A stretch of 64,000 nt of DNA, taken from the IMG/VR virus record IMGVR_UViG_3300044448_003347. The stretch is one strand, 5' to 3'. Positions 27,136 to 36,304 of the stretch are shown here, piece by piece. The notes beneath the pieces were generated by a model. It had not been told where the DNA came from. It saw only the letters and a list, made by a program, of their open reading frames with translations, and searched no databases. Position numbers and translations under genes: made by a program. Source of the DNA: an uncultured virus (IMG/VR IMGVR_UViG_3300044448_003347) (Duplodnaviria; Heunggongvirae; Uroviricota; Caudoviricetes). Position 1 is the first letter of the stretch. Each line of letters opens with the position of its first letter.

Positions 27136-27992
27136 GAAAGGTATCGTTCGCCTCTATCACAAAGTATTGTTACAACTATTCCATCTGGATCATTTTCTTC
27201 GACCCATCTTTCCGATGCTAACACATTTGCTCCCGAACTTATACCCACGAGTAATCCTCTTTGGTGGAGTTGTTTCATTCTTTCAATGGCGTCATCGGTC
27301 TTTACCAATAATACCTCATCTACTTTGTCCAAGTCAACTAAAAACTTTGAGCCATCTCCGATTCCTTGGATACCATGTAATCCCGGCTCCCCGCCACTCA
27401 TCACAGGAGACTCTGCTGGCTCTATAGCTAGGGTTTTAATATTGGGGTATCTCTCTTTTAGTCTGGCTGAAACTCCCATTAGAGTTCCACCTGTGCCTGT
27501 GCCGTCTAGAAATGCGGCGACTGGCAAGCCCTTGGTCTGCTCTAGTATCTCAACACCTGTGGTTTTGTAGTGGCAGGCGATGTTGTCTGGGTTGTGAAAC
27601 TGGTTGAAGTTGAAGTAGCCGGGGTCTTTACAGATCTTATCTCTAAGACCGATTGAGCCGTCAAAGTCACCGGGATCTGTTTCTATAACTTCTGCTCCGA
27701 ACATACGCATCATCTGCTTGCGCTCTTCGCTCATGTTAGAGGGCATTACAATAATAACTGGATATCCCTTGTTGGCTCCAAACATAGAGACAGCAATGCC
27801 AGTGTTGCCACTAGTAGCTTCAACAATGGTGTCGCCCGGTTGTAGGTCTCCCCTTTCCTCTGCTTTCTTAAGAATATAATATCCTATTCTATCCTTAATG
27901 CTTCCACTTGGATTGTATGTTTCAAACTTCGCATACAATCTATCACCAAGTTTAATCAAAGGGGTATTCCCCACTAACCTGCCAAGGTCCAT
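27126..27992 (-). CDS. cysK: cysteine synthase (PLP-dependent)
   Basis: GNTPL, NPSGSIKDR, EATSGNTG, GTGGT, HGIQGIG, DRGERYLS. Confidence 0.93.
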   Translation of the reverse strand: MDLGRLVGNTPLIKLGDRLYAKFETYNPSGSIKDRIGYYILKKAEERGDLQPGDTIVEATSGNTGIAVSMFGANKGYPVIIVMPSNMSEERKQMMRMFGAEVIETDPGDFDGSIGLRDKICKDPGYFNFNQFHNPDNIACHYKTTGVEILEQTKGLPVAAFLDGTGTGGTLMGVSARLKERYPNIKTLAIEPAESPVMSGGEPGLHGIQGIGDGSKFLVDLDKVDEVLLVKTDDAIERMKQLHQRGLLVGISSGANVLASERWVEENDPDGIVVTILCDRGERYLSCV

Positions 27993-27994
27993 AT

Positions 27995-28396
27995 TTAACC
28001 GCCCATCATTGAAGCGCCGCCTTCTGCGCCGCCGCCCATTTGCTCCATCATCTTTTCCATCATCTTCATCATAATCATCATCATAATAAGCTTCATCATC
28101 TTTTCCATATCCATCTGACCGGATTCGCCCATTTGACCCATTTCGGATCCGCCGCTACCAATCTGAAGGCTCTGCTCTGAACTCATGTTTTGAAAAGAAC
28201 TTACTTCATTAGTAATGTTAATGTTGATGGACTGACCGTCATTACCGCCCTCGGGTGTGCCACCCATTTCAACACCTTTATTATTTTCACTTCCTACTGC
28301 TGCCCCACCATCTGATGGGGTGACTCTTTGACCAGAGGCTGGCGCTGCGGCTGCTCCGCCGCTACCACCGCCACCTACTGCTGCTGCACCTGACAT
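27995..28396 (-). CDS. Gly/Met-rich low-complexity protein
   Basis: GGAGG RBS before MSGAAAV; C-terminal MMKLIMMMIMMKMMEKMM. Confidence 0.7.
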   Translation of the reverse strand: MSGAAAVGGGGSGGAAAAPASGQRVTPSDGGAAVGSENNKGVEMGGTPEGGNDGQSININITNEVSSFQNMSSEQSLQIGSGGSEMGQMGESGQMDMEKMMKLIMMMIMMKMMEKMMEQMGGGAEGGASMMGG

Positions 28397-28419
28397 AGTT
28401 CTTCCTCCCTTCCTTGTCT

Positions 28420-29295
28420 TCATGTTCTTAGGAGACTCCCTTGGGAAACTCTTCTGTTGAACTTATATAGATAAGTATACTCGGAAAGGTTTTTGCCCTC
28501 ATTTAAATGAGATTGGACTACATCTAACTCGCTGTTATTTGTCTTGTTTCTTCTTATCTCTCTGTGACTGTGCTCCAGTTTTATGGGTGCGTATTTATAT
28601 CTCTCTGGTGATTTCGGATAGGTTGGGTTTTTTCCGTTGCGTGGACCTCTGATTCCCATTTCATGTAGCAAGACCTTAGCTCTTATTCTTGCCATTGTTT
28701 CACCGTAATCAAATATTTGTGTCTGCGCTTCAGTTAAATCTGAAATGACTAGAAGATCGTTATTGCGTTGTGTCGTTCCGTTTCTCTGCGAGGGGTAGAA
28801 AAACATTTCGGACACAAAGTTGTCATCCGTCTTTACATATTCTAAGTGGTTGTTCCCACAAGATCTAATGTCTATCCAGTCAAAAACTTTATACTTGTGG
28901 AAAGTATTTTTAATCTTTATGACCTCGCCGACTTCGTAGTAGTAGTTGCGGGATTTGGTCTTAACTACAGCCAGATCGTTCTCTTCTCTGATCGTTATGT
29001 CTTTCAGCCCGAACGGAAGTAGACCAGAGCAAGACATGACAAATACTAGTCGGTTCCACAGTTCTAGCTTGGGTGTTCCAAACTTGGCGGTTCCGTCTAG
29101 GCTGGTCATGTTTATCTCTATTTTCTCGTGGTTGAATAAATGTAGTGGGAAGTCAAGAGGCAGAAACTCAAATGGTGTTGGCTCAATAACTTCCTTAAAA
29201 ATGAATGTGTGGTTGTTTAGGTAAGCGTAGATTAAGGCAGAAAGGTCAGTGCCTATTACAAGTTTATTTACTTTGTAGTGGTGATTTTTCCGCAT
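28420..29295 (-). CDS. hypothetical protein with degenerate Rossmann-like N-terminus
   Basis: LVIGTDLSALIYAY resembles a decayed GxGxxG beta-alpha unit. Confidence 0.55.
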   Translation of the reverse strand: MRKNHHYKVNKLVIGTDLSALIYAYLNNHTFIFKEVIEPTPFEFLPLDFPLHLFNHEKIEINMTSLDGTAKFGTPKLELWNRLVFVMSCSGLLPFGLKDITIREENDLAVVKTKSRNYYYEVGEVIKIKNTFHKYKVFDWIDIRSCGNNHLEYVKTDDNFVSEMFFYPSQRNGTTQRNNDLLVISDLTEAQTQIFDYGETMARIRAKVLLHEMGIRGPRNGKNPTYPKSPERYKYAPIKLEHSHREIRRNKTNNSELDVVQSHLNEGKNLSEYTYLYKFNRRVSQGSLLRT

Positions 29296-29591
29296 TTAAT
29301 GTAGTCAGTTTCTTCTTTGTTCTCTTCTACATTATCATCAAACGAGGGCTTTTTAAAGGATTCAGAAGCATCTTTTGGGATGTCGGATTCTTTTTTAGTC
29401 CAGTTAGTAAACAGGTTTTGATTATTCAACTGCTTAAAAAGTTCTTCGTTCTCTTCAAGAAGTTGCTCAAAGTCTTCGTCCTTATCAATCTTAATCTTGT
29501 ATGTGATATGCTCAACATTCTTTGGTTGTTCTGCAAACACGGGACCCGCCGTTGCCATAATACCAGCAATAACAATAATAGCAGCTTTCAT
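29268..29591 (-). CDS. secreted hypothetical protein
   Basis: Signal peptide MKAAIIVIAGIMATAGPVFA. Confidence 0.65.
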   Translation of the reverse strand: MKAAIIVIAGIMATAGPVFAEQPKNVEHITYKIKIDKDEDFEQLLEENEELFKQLNNQNLFTNWTKKESDIPKDASESFKKPSFDDNVEENKEETDYIKCGKITTTK

Positions 29592-29609
29592 TAAAATTCA
29601 CCTCTTTAC

Positions 29610-29636
29610 AAAAAAATAAGGCACGGGGAGTGCCTT
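29610..29636 (-). terminator. intrinsic terminator-like hairpin
   Basis: AAGGCAC-TCCCC-GTGCCTT followed by a T-tract. Confidence 0.65.
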
Positions 29637-29694
29637 TCTGTCACTTGTGTGACTTCGTTTGTAAATAGTCCTTAAGTATAGAAAAAGACATTAT

Positions 29695-29997
29695 TTATTC
29701 TTCCTCTACAAACATTCCTACAACATAGTTTTCAAGAACGATTTCGTGCTCATCCCCCGCTACGCTTACGCTTTCAACCATAGATGCGTCAATAACGACT
29801 TTTGTTCCTTGCTGATAAAGAAGTTTGTTGTAAATGCTATCTCGCTTACAATCTGCTGCGGAAGCCAAAACTGTTGCCACAACATACTTGTCTTTGGGAA
29901 TCACATAGCCCTCGGGCAAAAGAACGCCGGTATTCTCGGCGTCCTCTTGCTTTTGGGTTTTAACTAGCAGGTATCTGTTCTGTGGATTAAATCTCAT
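29695..29997 (-). CDS. groES: co-chaperonin GroES-like protein
   Basis: FNPQNRYLLVK...TGVLLP...ATVLA...GTKVVI...IVLENYVVG. Confidence 0.75.
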   Translation of the reverse strand: MRFNPQNRYLLVKTQKQEDAENTGVLLPEGYVIPKDKYVVATVLASAADCKRDSIYNKLLYQQGTKVVIDASMVESVSVAGDEHEIVLENYVVGMFVEEE

Positions 29998-30005
29998 CTT
30001 GCCCC

Positions 30006-30251
30006 CTAGTATGGAACCTTAGCTACTTTCTCGTACATATCAAGAAGTTGCTCAATATCCTCATCGTTCTTTAACATACGATAGGCACGTATGGCAGATG
30101 ACATCTCGTCTTTACTAAGCCAGCCATTCTGAACATAGCTCTTCTTGAGATCTTTACGGTGCTCTTGGTAAGGCAGCATCTCTGCCTCTACCTCTGCGAG
30201 AGCACGAATAAAGTTTCCAATATACTCTTGTTTAGTTTTGTCGTCAGACAT
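30006..30251 (-). CDS. GapR/DUF2312-like or T4 DsbA-like dsDNA-binding protein
   Basis: FIRALAEVEAE...RKDLKK...AIRAYRMLK pattern. Confidence 0.55.
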   Translation of the reverse strand: MSDDKTKQEYIGNFIRALAEVEAEMLPYQEHRKDLKKSYVQNGWLSKDEMSSAIRAYRMLKNDEDIEQLLDMYEKVAKVPY

Positions 30252-30282
30252 TCTTTCCTCCGGTTGTCTAAGTTACATATAC

Positions 30283-30319
30283 ATAATATACATTTCTATG
30301 AAAATGTCAAGCACTTTTT
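30283..30319 (-). promoter_or_regulatory. sigma70-like promoter
   Basis: A-tract, TTGACA, 16 bp, TATTAT. Confidence 0.6.
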
Positions 30320-32187
30320 TAAGTTATTTCACATGCGCCACCAGCACAAGCAAGTTCACCTGATAGGTCTGTGTTGTCGTCTACCTCTATAACTTTTGTG
30401 AGGTCTACTTCCTCTAGGGTCGCCAGCATAGCTTCATAGGTTTCCTTAGAGCAATCTTCAAATGGCGCTTGCTTATAGGTCCCGCCGTCGTATGGTAATA
30501 CTGATAGACCGTTGTAAACTTTCCTGTTCTCCCACATCCATTCGCCAACATCAGCCCATTCTGCTTCCTTGATCGAGATAGTGGCAGACACATTGTGGGT
30601 GTTCTGTCCACTTCGAGTGCCGGGATTAACCCAATCGTTGCTAATCTTGGCTACTCTTCTGAGCAACTGCAAGGCGCTTTCTGTTCTCATAATGGCTCCT
30701 TCAGGTGCCTTTTGTGGAATAGAAATGACGGCTGTGTCGTGTGGTCTGAAGTATTCATCCTCAACCATATCTGGATGATAGATGGACAGATAAGTGTAAA
30801 TTGCTTCGTTCTTGCCTACACGGAGACGACGGATGTAATAATCATTATGCCAAGCATGGATACCGCTAGAGGTTCCAAGAGCCAGAGAAGTTGTCCCTGC
30901 TGGCTTTACTGTTGTTGTTCTAGCTGCTGTGTTTATGTCTAGGAGCTTCGCTACTCTTTGATTTTCCAACTTAACAACCTTGGCTGCCTCTGTCGTATCC
31001 AAACCTAATACCTTGCCAGATGCAATGCCAGTCATACTTACACCGATCAGCGCCTCCTTTTCAGTAGTCCTCCTCCACACATCACGAAGATAATGGAAGT
31101 CGGTATAGCCAGCTTGAAGTGTCCCGATAAGTGCAGCAGCTTTTACCCGGCTATTCAACTCGCCTTGACTATCCACATCGCTTACATTGACTTCCGTTAG
31201 ATTACAAAACTGATAGGGGCGGAGGGCAATCTCGCAGCAAGGATTAGTTCCCCAGTCTTTATCGTTTGAAAAATAAAATCCGGGCTCTCCACTGCCTGAC
31301 TCCTTTACCCTCTCCCAAAGATCTTGGAAGTATTCTTTCGTGATGCGGTGTCGGAGGAGCACAACAGAATTGTTAGCTCTGCCTCTCTGTGGGGCTGTCT
31401 CCCACCAATTGCCTGTCTTGGCGGCAATCATTTCGTTGTCGTCAGCAGAGAATAGCGAGATCAAAGCAGCACGACGAATACCACCAGCCAGCACTGCGTC
31501 AGCAATATGACAGATCATATCGTGTGCTTCAATAGTGGATAGCTTGTCTCCGTTTTCTTTTGCCTCGAACATACCTTGTAGCTTAACCAAACACTCCTTG
31601 AGAGGTTGAGGACCCGGTGCTTTACCGCCAGATGTAACAAGGCGAGCGCCCTTGGGTCTAATGTCAGAGTAATCAAATCTCAACTTTGAGCCGCCCTTAA
31701 AATAGGATTGCACAAGAGCCTTCACCGCATCAGCCCAACCCTCTATGGAATCATTTACTAAAAAGCGGCGGGTCCTTTTGGATGCTGGCTTTTGAATCTC
31801 TGGTAGCTTTTCTACATGGTGCTTTTGTACACTATACCCAACTCCGGTTCCTCCGAGCAGCAAGAACATAATCTCGCTAAACACCCTGTGATCATCAATC
31901 GGGGCAAAGGCACAGTTATATATGCGGTTGGGTGCAACCTCAATGGGCTTTCCCCCAAACTGCATTGAGCGCATTGATGGCAAAACTTTTTTATCATATA
32001 CCATCTTGTAGGCAGACTCAATCTCTTCTCTAAGATCTGGGTAGCTCTTAATATGCATTGCTTTGTTTCTATTAACGATTTCTGTCCACGTCTCTCTTCT
32101 TTCTTTTTCTGGCATGTATCTGGCGTACTTCATATGGACGGTGATGTCCGACAGAATATCTCGTGCCACCTTATCTTTGTCTGTCAT
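30319..32187 (-). CDS. nrdJ: class II (B12-dependent) ribonucleotide reductase
   Basis: LPSMRS, YNCAF, GGIRRAA, TNPCCEI, KPAGTTS, C-terminal CAGGAC. Confidence 0.9.
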   Translation of the reverse strand: MTDKDKVARDILSDITVHMKYARYMPEKERRETWTEIVNRNKAMHIKSYPDLREEIESAYKMVYDKKVLPSMRSMQFGGKPIEVAPNRIYNCAFAPIDDHRVFSEIMFLLLGGTGVGYSVQKHHVEKLPEIQKPASKRTRRFLVNDSIEGWADAVKALVQSYFKGGSKLRFDYSDIRPKGARLVTSGGKAPGPQPLKECLVKLQGMFEAKENGDKLSTIEAHDMICHIADAVLAGGIRRAALISLFSADDNEMIAAKTGNWWETAPQRGRANNSVVLLRHRITKEYFQDLWERVKESGSGEPGFYFSNDKDWGTNPCCEIALRPYQFCNLTEVNVSDVDSQGELNSRVKAAALIGTLQAGYTDFHYLRDVWRRTTEKEALIGVSMTGIASGKVLGLDTTEAAKVVKLENQRVAKLLDINTAARTTTVKPAGTTSLALGTSSGIHAWHNDYYIRRLRVGKNEAIYTYLSIYHPDMVEDEYFRPHDTAVISIPQKAPEGAIMRTESALQLLRRVAKISNDWVNPGTRSGQNTHNVSATISIKEAEWADVGEWMWENRKVYNGLSVLPYDGGTYKQAPFEDCSKETYEAMLATLEEVDLTKVIEVDDNTDLSGELACAGGACEIT

Positions 32188-32198
32188 TCGTTTACCTC

Positions 32199-33548
32199 TT
32201 ATTTTAGTTTTTTATATTTCTCTCTCAACGATTCACTCTGTGTTCTTACGGATGGGGCAACTGTGTTGCCAGCAATGCCCATAGGCAAGACTTTTATCTT
32301 CACATTTGAAGTATCCATCATAATGGGGAACACTAGCCCGTCAGGACCATTCCTGTTCTTAGCTACAAAGAGTGTACCCTTGTTTGCTATTTTGTCTTCT
32401 TTCGTTCTAGAAATGGTAAAGATGAAATCAGCCACGAAACATTTATTAAACGCTTCCGAGATTGCTTCCATTGTGATAACTTCGGCGTTCAAACCACTTC
32501 TGTTTGTTTGCGAGGCAGTCCAGATTGGACACTCAAAGACCTGAGATAGACCTCGAAGCTCTTCATATATAGATTCCAGATCGTGTCTTTTCTCGCTGGT
32601 TCTTCTGGTAGTTATAGGTTTTAGAAGGTCAGCATAGTCAACAATGATCATATCTATATCTATGCCTCTGGATTTGATTCTTTCCAAATGATTTTTGATT
32701 GTCGTCGTAGTTGCTGTTTTTGTTGGATATTCTTTTATGATTACATTTCCTTCAATATCCTTAACCTTATCATAAATCTGCTCTTTGAAGTGAAACATAT
32801 CCTTCAGCTTGACACCCGTGATACAACTATCATAGCGACCAGCGATAGATGTATCAGCCATCTCAAGACTATAATGAATGACTGTCTTGCCTAGTTTTAC
32901 TGCTTCTGCCCCAAGATGTACCAGAGCCATAGATTTACCAGCCCCAGTTGGAGCAATGACAACACCCAACTCTCCATTACCTAGCCCTTCCTTACAAATC
33001 CCATCTATCTGTTTCCAGCCTGTTGTGACGGGGTTTCTTTGTTTAATCTTAAACCTTTCTTCAAAGTCCTGCTTGTAGTCGTAGCCGAAGTTTACATCGG
33101 TTCCCAGTTTCAAAGCATCGTTAATTACTGTGCTGATCTCGTCAAAAGAAGAACTGTTGAGCAGTTTTACCGACTGCATCATCGCCTCTTTTAACTTCTG
33201 CTTCTTACAGAAATCAAGCGAAGTCTCCTTGACATAATCGCAATCCTCTATAATAGAGTGATCGTTTAGCACACTTAGTAAGTATTCTCTGGCTTGCTCT
33301 TTCACCACATCATCAGCAATATCATTCTTAATGAGGGTAGCCATAATCTTAAGTGATGGGTACACTTCATACTTTTCTTTATAGTCGTAGATACTTCTCA
33401 CTATTGACTGAAGATATTTGAACTCTAGGAAGTTGAAGTTCAATACCTCTCCGATCTGGTCTGCGAATACTCTCTCAGTCAAGATAAGATAAGTCAGTTT
33501 ATCTTGAAATGTTTTACCAAATCTGGAGAAATCTGTTTTGTCTGTCAT
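32199..33548 (-). CDS. replicative helicase, DnaB/gp41-like
   Basis: APTGAGKS, SLEM, IVDYADL, TASQTNR, KNRNG. Confidence 0.92.
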   Translation of the reverse strand: MTDKTDFSRFGKTFQDKLTYLILTERVFADQIGEVLNFNFLEFKYLQSIVRSIYDYKEKYEVYPSLKIMATLIKNDIADDVVKEQAREYLLSVLNDHSIIEDCDYVKETSLDFCKKQKLKEAMMQSVKLLNSSSFDEISTVINDALKLGTDVNFGYDYKQDFEERFKIKQRNPVTTGWKQIDGICKEGLGNGELGVVIAPTGAGKSMALVHLGAEAVKLGKTVIHYSLEMADTSIAGRYDSCITGVKLKDMFHFKEQIYDKVKDIEGNVIIKEYPTKTATTTTIKNHLERIKSRGIDIDMIIVDYADLLKPITTRRTSEKRHDLESIYEELRGLSQVFECPIWTASQTNRSGLNAEVITMEAISEAFNKCFVADFIFTISRTKEDKIANKGTLFVAKNRNGPDGLVFPIMMDTSNVKIKVLPMGIAGNTVAPSVRTQSESLREKYKKLK

Positions 33549-34513
33549 TTTCCTTCCTTGCTCTGTACTACCATTTTGTTAAAGAGTGCGAACAAATCAT
33601 TCCAGTCATAAGCACCAAAGCCATCTTCTATCATCATCGCTCTAACCCCAGACTTATTAAAGTTTAGCGCAGGGTCGTTCAACATTCTCCTAATATGCTG
33701 TGCGCTTAGGGCTGAGATGTTAGGGGCGTATAACTGCATCATCTTATAATTCTTTTCAACTAGCGCTTGCTTCTCAACGATGTTCTTGTACACCTTGAGT
33801 TTACTGTCAACGCCTTCAGCATACTCAACTAATTCTTGTATGGTGTATGATTTTTCCTCAGAAAGGAAAGGAAATCGCTTAGATACAGTCGCCAAACCCG
33901 CTCCGCCGATACCGGGAAGGTTGTCACTCTTGTCACCTGCGATTGCTCTAGCAAGTGCGAAGTTTGTTGGATGGATCTCAAACTGCTCTAGGATTCTTTT
34001 CTTGTTGAGAATCTCTTTTTGGATTGGTCTGTATAGAATAGTTGTGTCGTCGCATAACTGGATGAAGTCCTTATCAGAGCTTAGGATAATCTTGTAGTCT
34101 TCCGATAGTGCCTGAGACTGAGATGCCAAGGCAATGATGTCGTCAGCCTCCACATTCTCAACATACGACTGCATTATTGGCATCTCGTTAAGATACTCAA
34201 TAATCCTCTCTTGTTGCCAGTTCTTATTGTCTTCCTGCTCGCCAGCAGTCATGTTGTGTATGTCTCTGTTAAGGCGAACGGGTTTGCGACCAGCCTTGTA
34301 GTTCTTGTCAATAGACTTGCGCTTTTGAGAGCCGCCGTCCCACGCAACGAAGATAAGGTCTGGGTTGATTGTTCTACAAACAGATTGTAGGGATTTGATG
34401 AAGCCTTTTGTTCCCCCGATGGGTTGACCATTTGTAGACAGGCTTGGGTCTACAATGTAGTTTCTCATGAAAAGATTAAGTGCGTCAATTAATAATACTC
34501 TTTTATTCGTCAT
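33545..34513 (-). CDS. 5'-3' exonuclease (PolI N-terminal / T4 RNase H-like)
   Basis: LIDALN, YKAGR, EADD, SSDKDFIQL, GDKSDNLPGI. Confidence 0.92.
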   Translation of the reverse strand: MTNKRVLLIDALNLFMRNYIVDPSLSTNGQPIGGTKGFIKSLQSVCRTINPDLIFVAWDGGSQKRKSIDKNYKAGRKPVRLNRDIHNMTAGEQEDNKNWQQERIIEYLNEMPIMQSYVENVEADDIIALASQSQALSEDYKIILSSDKDFIQLCDDTTILYRPIQKEILNKKRILEQFEIHPTNFALARAIAGDKSDNLPGIGGAGLATVSKRFPFLSEEKSYTIQELVEYAEGVDSKLKVYKNIVEKQALVEKNYKMMQLYAPNISALSAQHIRRMLNDPALNFNKSGVRAMMIEDGFGAYDWNDLFALFNKMVVQSKEGK

Positions 34514-34688
34514 ACTCCAACTCGATGCCTAAGTCTTTGAGGATTTTTTCAAGTTCCTCATTTAACTTGTTCTCGTCGTCGGAATCAACATAGTTTTCTT
34601 CTTCTAGAGCTTCAATATAATAGTGGGCTTCTGCCACTAGATCTGTAATCTTTTCTAGCCTCTCTTTGAGACTTTCTAGATCGCTCAC
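34503..34688 (-). CDS. small acidic hypothetical protein
   Basis: GTG start with AGGAGG RBS. Confidence 0.6.
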   Translation of the reverse strand: MSDLESLKERLEKITDLVAEAHYYIEALEEENYVDSDDENKLNEELEKILKDLGIELEYDE

Positions 34689-34760
34689 GATAATGTCCTC
34701 CTAAATGTTAGTTGGACATAACTATGTCGCCGTTTGCGTTTTTACTCCGACGATGGGGTT

Positions 34761-34789
34761 ACTTTATCAAAATGTGGGGGGAATGTCAA
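34761..34789 (-). promoter_or_regulatory. sigma70-like promoter
   Basis: TTGACA-17bp-TAAAGT. Confidence 0.65.
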
Positions 34790-34795
34790 GTGATT

Positions 34796-35122
34796 TTAGT
34801 GGTGGTGGGAATATTTTTTCTTTTTGTACTTTTTGTACTTCTTGTACTTTTTCTTCTTGTATTTCTTTTTGTAATACTTTTTCTTGTACTTCTTTTTGTA
34901 CTTCTTTTTGAAGTGGCTATGCCCTTTATATTTATAGGGATGACTATGATAGTGGCTGCTGTGGGTGTGCCAGTAATGGTCATAGTATTCATAGACTACA
35001 TAGTACGAGGGGTACACGATGTAGTGTTCTTCATACTCGTAGTGGGGTTTGTGGGTGGGGTGGGCAAAAGCACAACCTGACAGGAGTGCGAGAAATAAAG
35101 ATAGGGTGATGATTCTTTTCAT
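34796..35122 (-). CDS. putative lipoprotein with His/Tyr-rich segment and (KKKY)n tail
   Basis: Lipobox LSGC; GGAGG RBS; tandem aagaaaaagtac-type DNA repeats. Confidence 0.7.
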   Translation of the reverse strand: MKRIITLSLFLALLSGCAFAHPTHKPHYEYEEHYIVYPSYYVVYEYYDHYWHTHSSHYHSHPYKYKGHSHFKKKYKKKYKKKYYKKKYKKKKYKKYKKYKKKKYSHHH

Positions 35123-35162
35123 ATTAACCTCCGTTCTTTTATTAGACGGGATTTAGAAAAGT

Positions 35163-36263
35163 TTATTCATCCTTTTCTTCATAAAAATCTTCAGCCTTGC
35201 CCAATCGCTTGTCAAACTTCTGGATTACTTCCTCGTCCATGACATCGTAGACTCGTTGCTTAAAGGTAGGGTCTTGCATTTTCTCATCCCACTTAGAGGG
35301 CTGGAACTTTACAACTTTACCGTCGCCCATCTCCAAGGAATACCAAGCGCCAGCACTACTCATATAGTTTGACCCCTTGATAGCCTCGAACAAACTTTGA
35401 TCGTCTTGGACGCCGATGTCTTCGGTGCCCCATAGAATCTTAAAGTTACATTGCCGACCTTGTGTTCCAAACCTGCTCTTCTCCAGCTTGACCTTAACCT
35501 CAGAGCCGATGCGGAAACCGCTTTCGTCAGTAATGAATGATGCCTTTGCCTTTCGCCCTGTAAGCCAGATACGAAGAGAATAGGCATAGATCATAGCCTT
35601 GCCACCGGGAGTGACATAAGGGGTAGTCATCGCCTCGCTTGGGCTTCTAGTGATGTTGCTCTTCAGTTGGTTGAGCACTAAGAAGGTTGATTGGCTGTTA
35701 GCAATAGGCACAGTCAGTTTGGACATACCCTTAGCCAAGATCCTCGCCTTTACTGCCATGGAAGACTGTGGATTAAAGTCTCCTTCCACGTCGGAAATAG
35801 CAGGTGTAAGAGCAAGAGAATCCCAGATAAAAAGCATCCGATTTTCATTATTAACCAAAAGGTCTTCGATAGTTTCGAGCACAAACTCAACAGACTGAGC
35901 TTGAACATATAAAAGAGTACTGACATCGCATCCCGCCTTCTCCAAAAACGCAGGGTCAATAGCTGACTCAGAGTCGAAATAGACAACATCAATTCCTTTT
36001 TTCTGTGCGCTTGCTGCGACTTGCGCTGCCAAGAATGATTTACCTGTTGCTTCAAGACCTGCAATCTCCGTTACTTTGCCGACTGGAATACCAGCCAACT
36101 TTCCTTTACAAATAATAGAATCTAGCCACCTAGATCCTGTAGGGATCCAATCCGTAACTTCGGTTGGATTTTCCTCATTTAGGTTGTGCGCCACAGTCAT
36201 ACCCGCTCGCTTGTTAATCAGCTTACGCATATCAGCCATGGACAGCTTGCCTGTTTTTGCCAT
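35163..36263 (-). CDS. recA: RecA/UvsX recombinase
   Basis: IPTGSRWLD, GLEATGKS, DSESA, WDSLA, LNQL, TPGGKA. Confidence 0.93.
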   Translation of the reverse strand: MAKTGKLSMADMRKLINKRAGMTVAHNLNEENPTEVTDWIPTGSRWLDSIICKGKLAGIPVGKVTEIAGLEATGKSFLAAQVAASAQKKGIDVVYFDSESAIDPAFLEKAGCDVSTLLYVQAQSVEFVLETIEDLLVNNENRMLFIWDSLALTPAISDVEGDFNPQSSMAVKARILAKGMSKLTVPIANSQSTFLVLNQLKSNITRSPSEAMTTPYVTPGGKAMIYAYSLRIWLTGRKAKASFITDESGFRIGSEVKVKLEKSRFGTQGRQCNFKILWGTEDIGVQDDQSLFEAIKGSNYMSSAGAWYSLEMGDGKVVKFQPSKWDEKMQDPTFKQRVYDVMDEEVIQKFDKRLGKAEDFYEEKDE

Positions 36264-36274
36264 AGTGTCTCCTT

Positions 36275-36300
36275 AAAAAGAAGGGGGGCGTGAGCCCCCC
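36275..36300 (-). terminator. intrinsic terminator between ssb and recA
   Basis: GGGGGGC-TCAC-GCCCCCC-TTCTTTTT. Confidence 0.75.
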
Positions 36301-36304
36301 ATAG

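Noticed and set aside
10741..32187. Bacterial chromosome origin suggested by groEL, guaB, dnaE, cysK and nrdJ
   Set aside because: The genes are divergent, on one strand, interleaved with phage genes and contiguous with a full virion module; no integrase or host junction is visible.
34705..35080. Hydrophobic plus-strand ORFs resembling membrane proteins
   Set aside because: They are the reverse complement of the Lys/Tyr repeat gene, which has the RBS and signal peptide.
22836..36263. Inteins or introns in dnaE, nrdJ, helicase or recA
   Set aside because: Lengths are normal, motifs are contiguous and I saw no intein splice-junction motifs.
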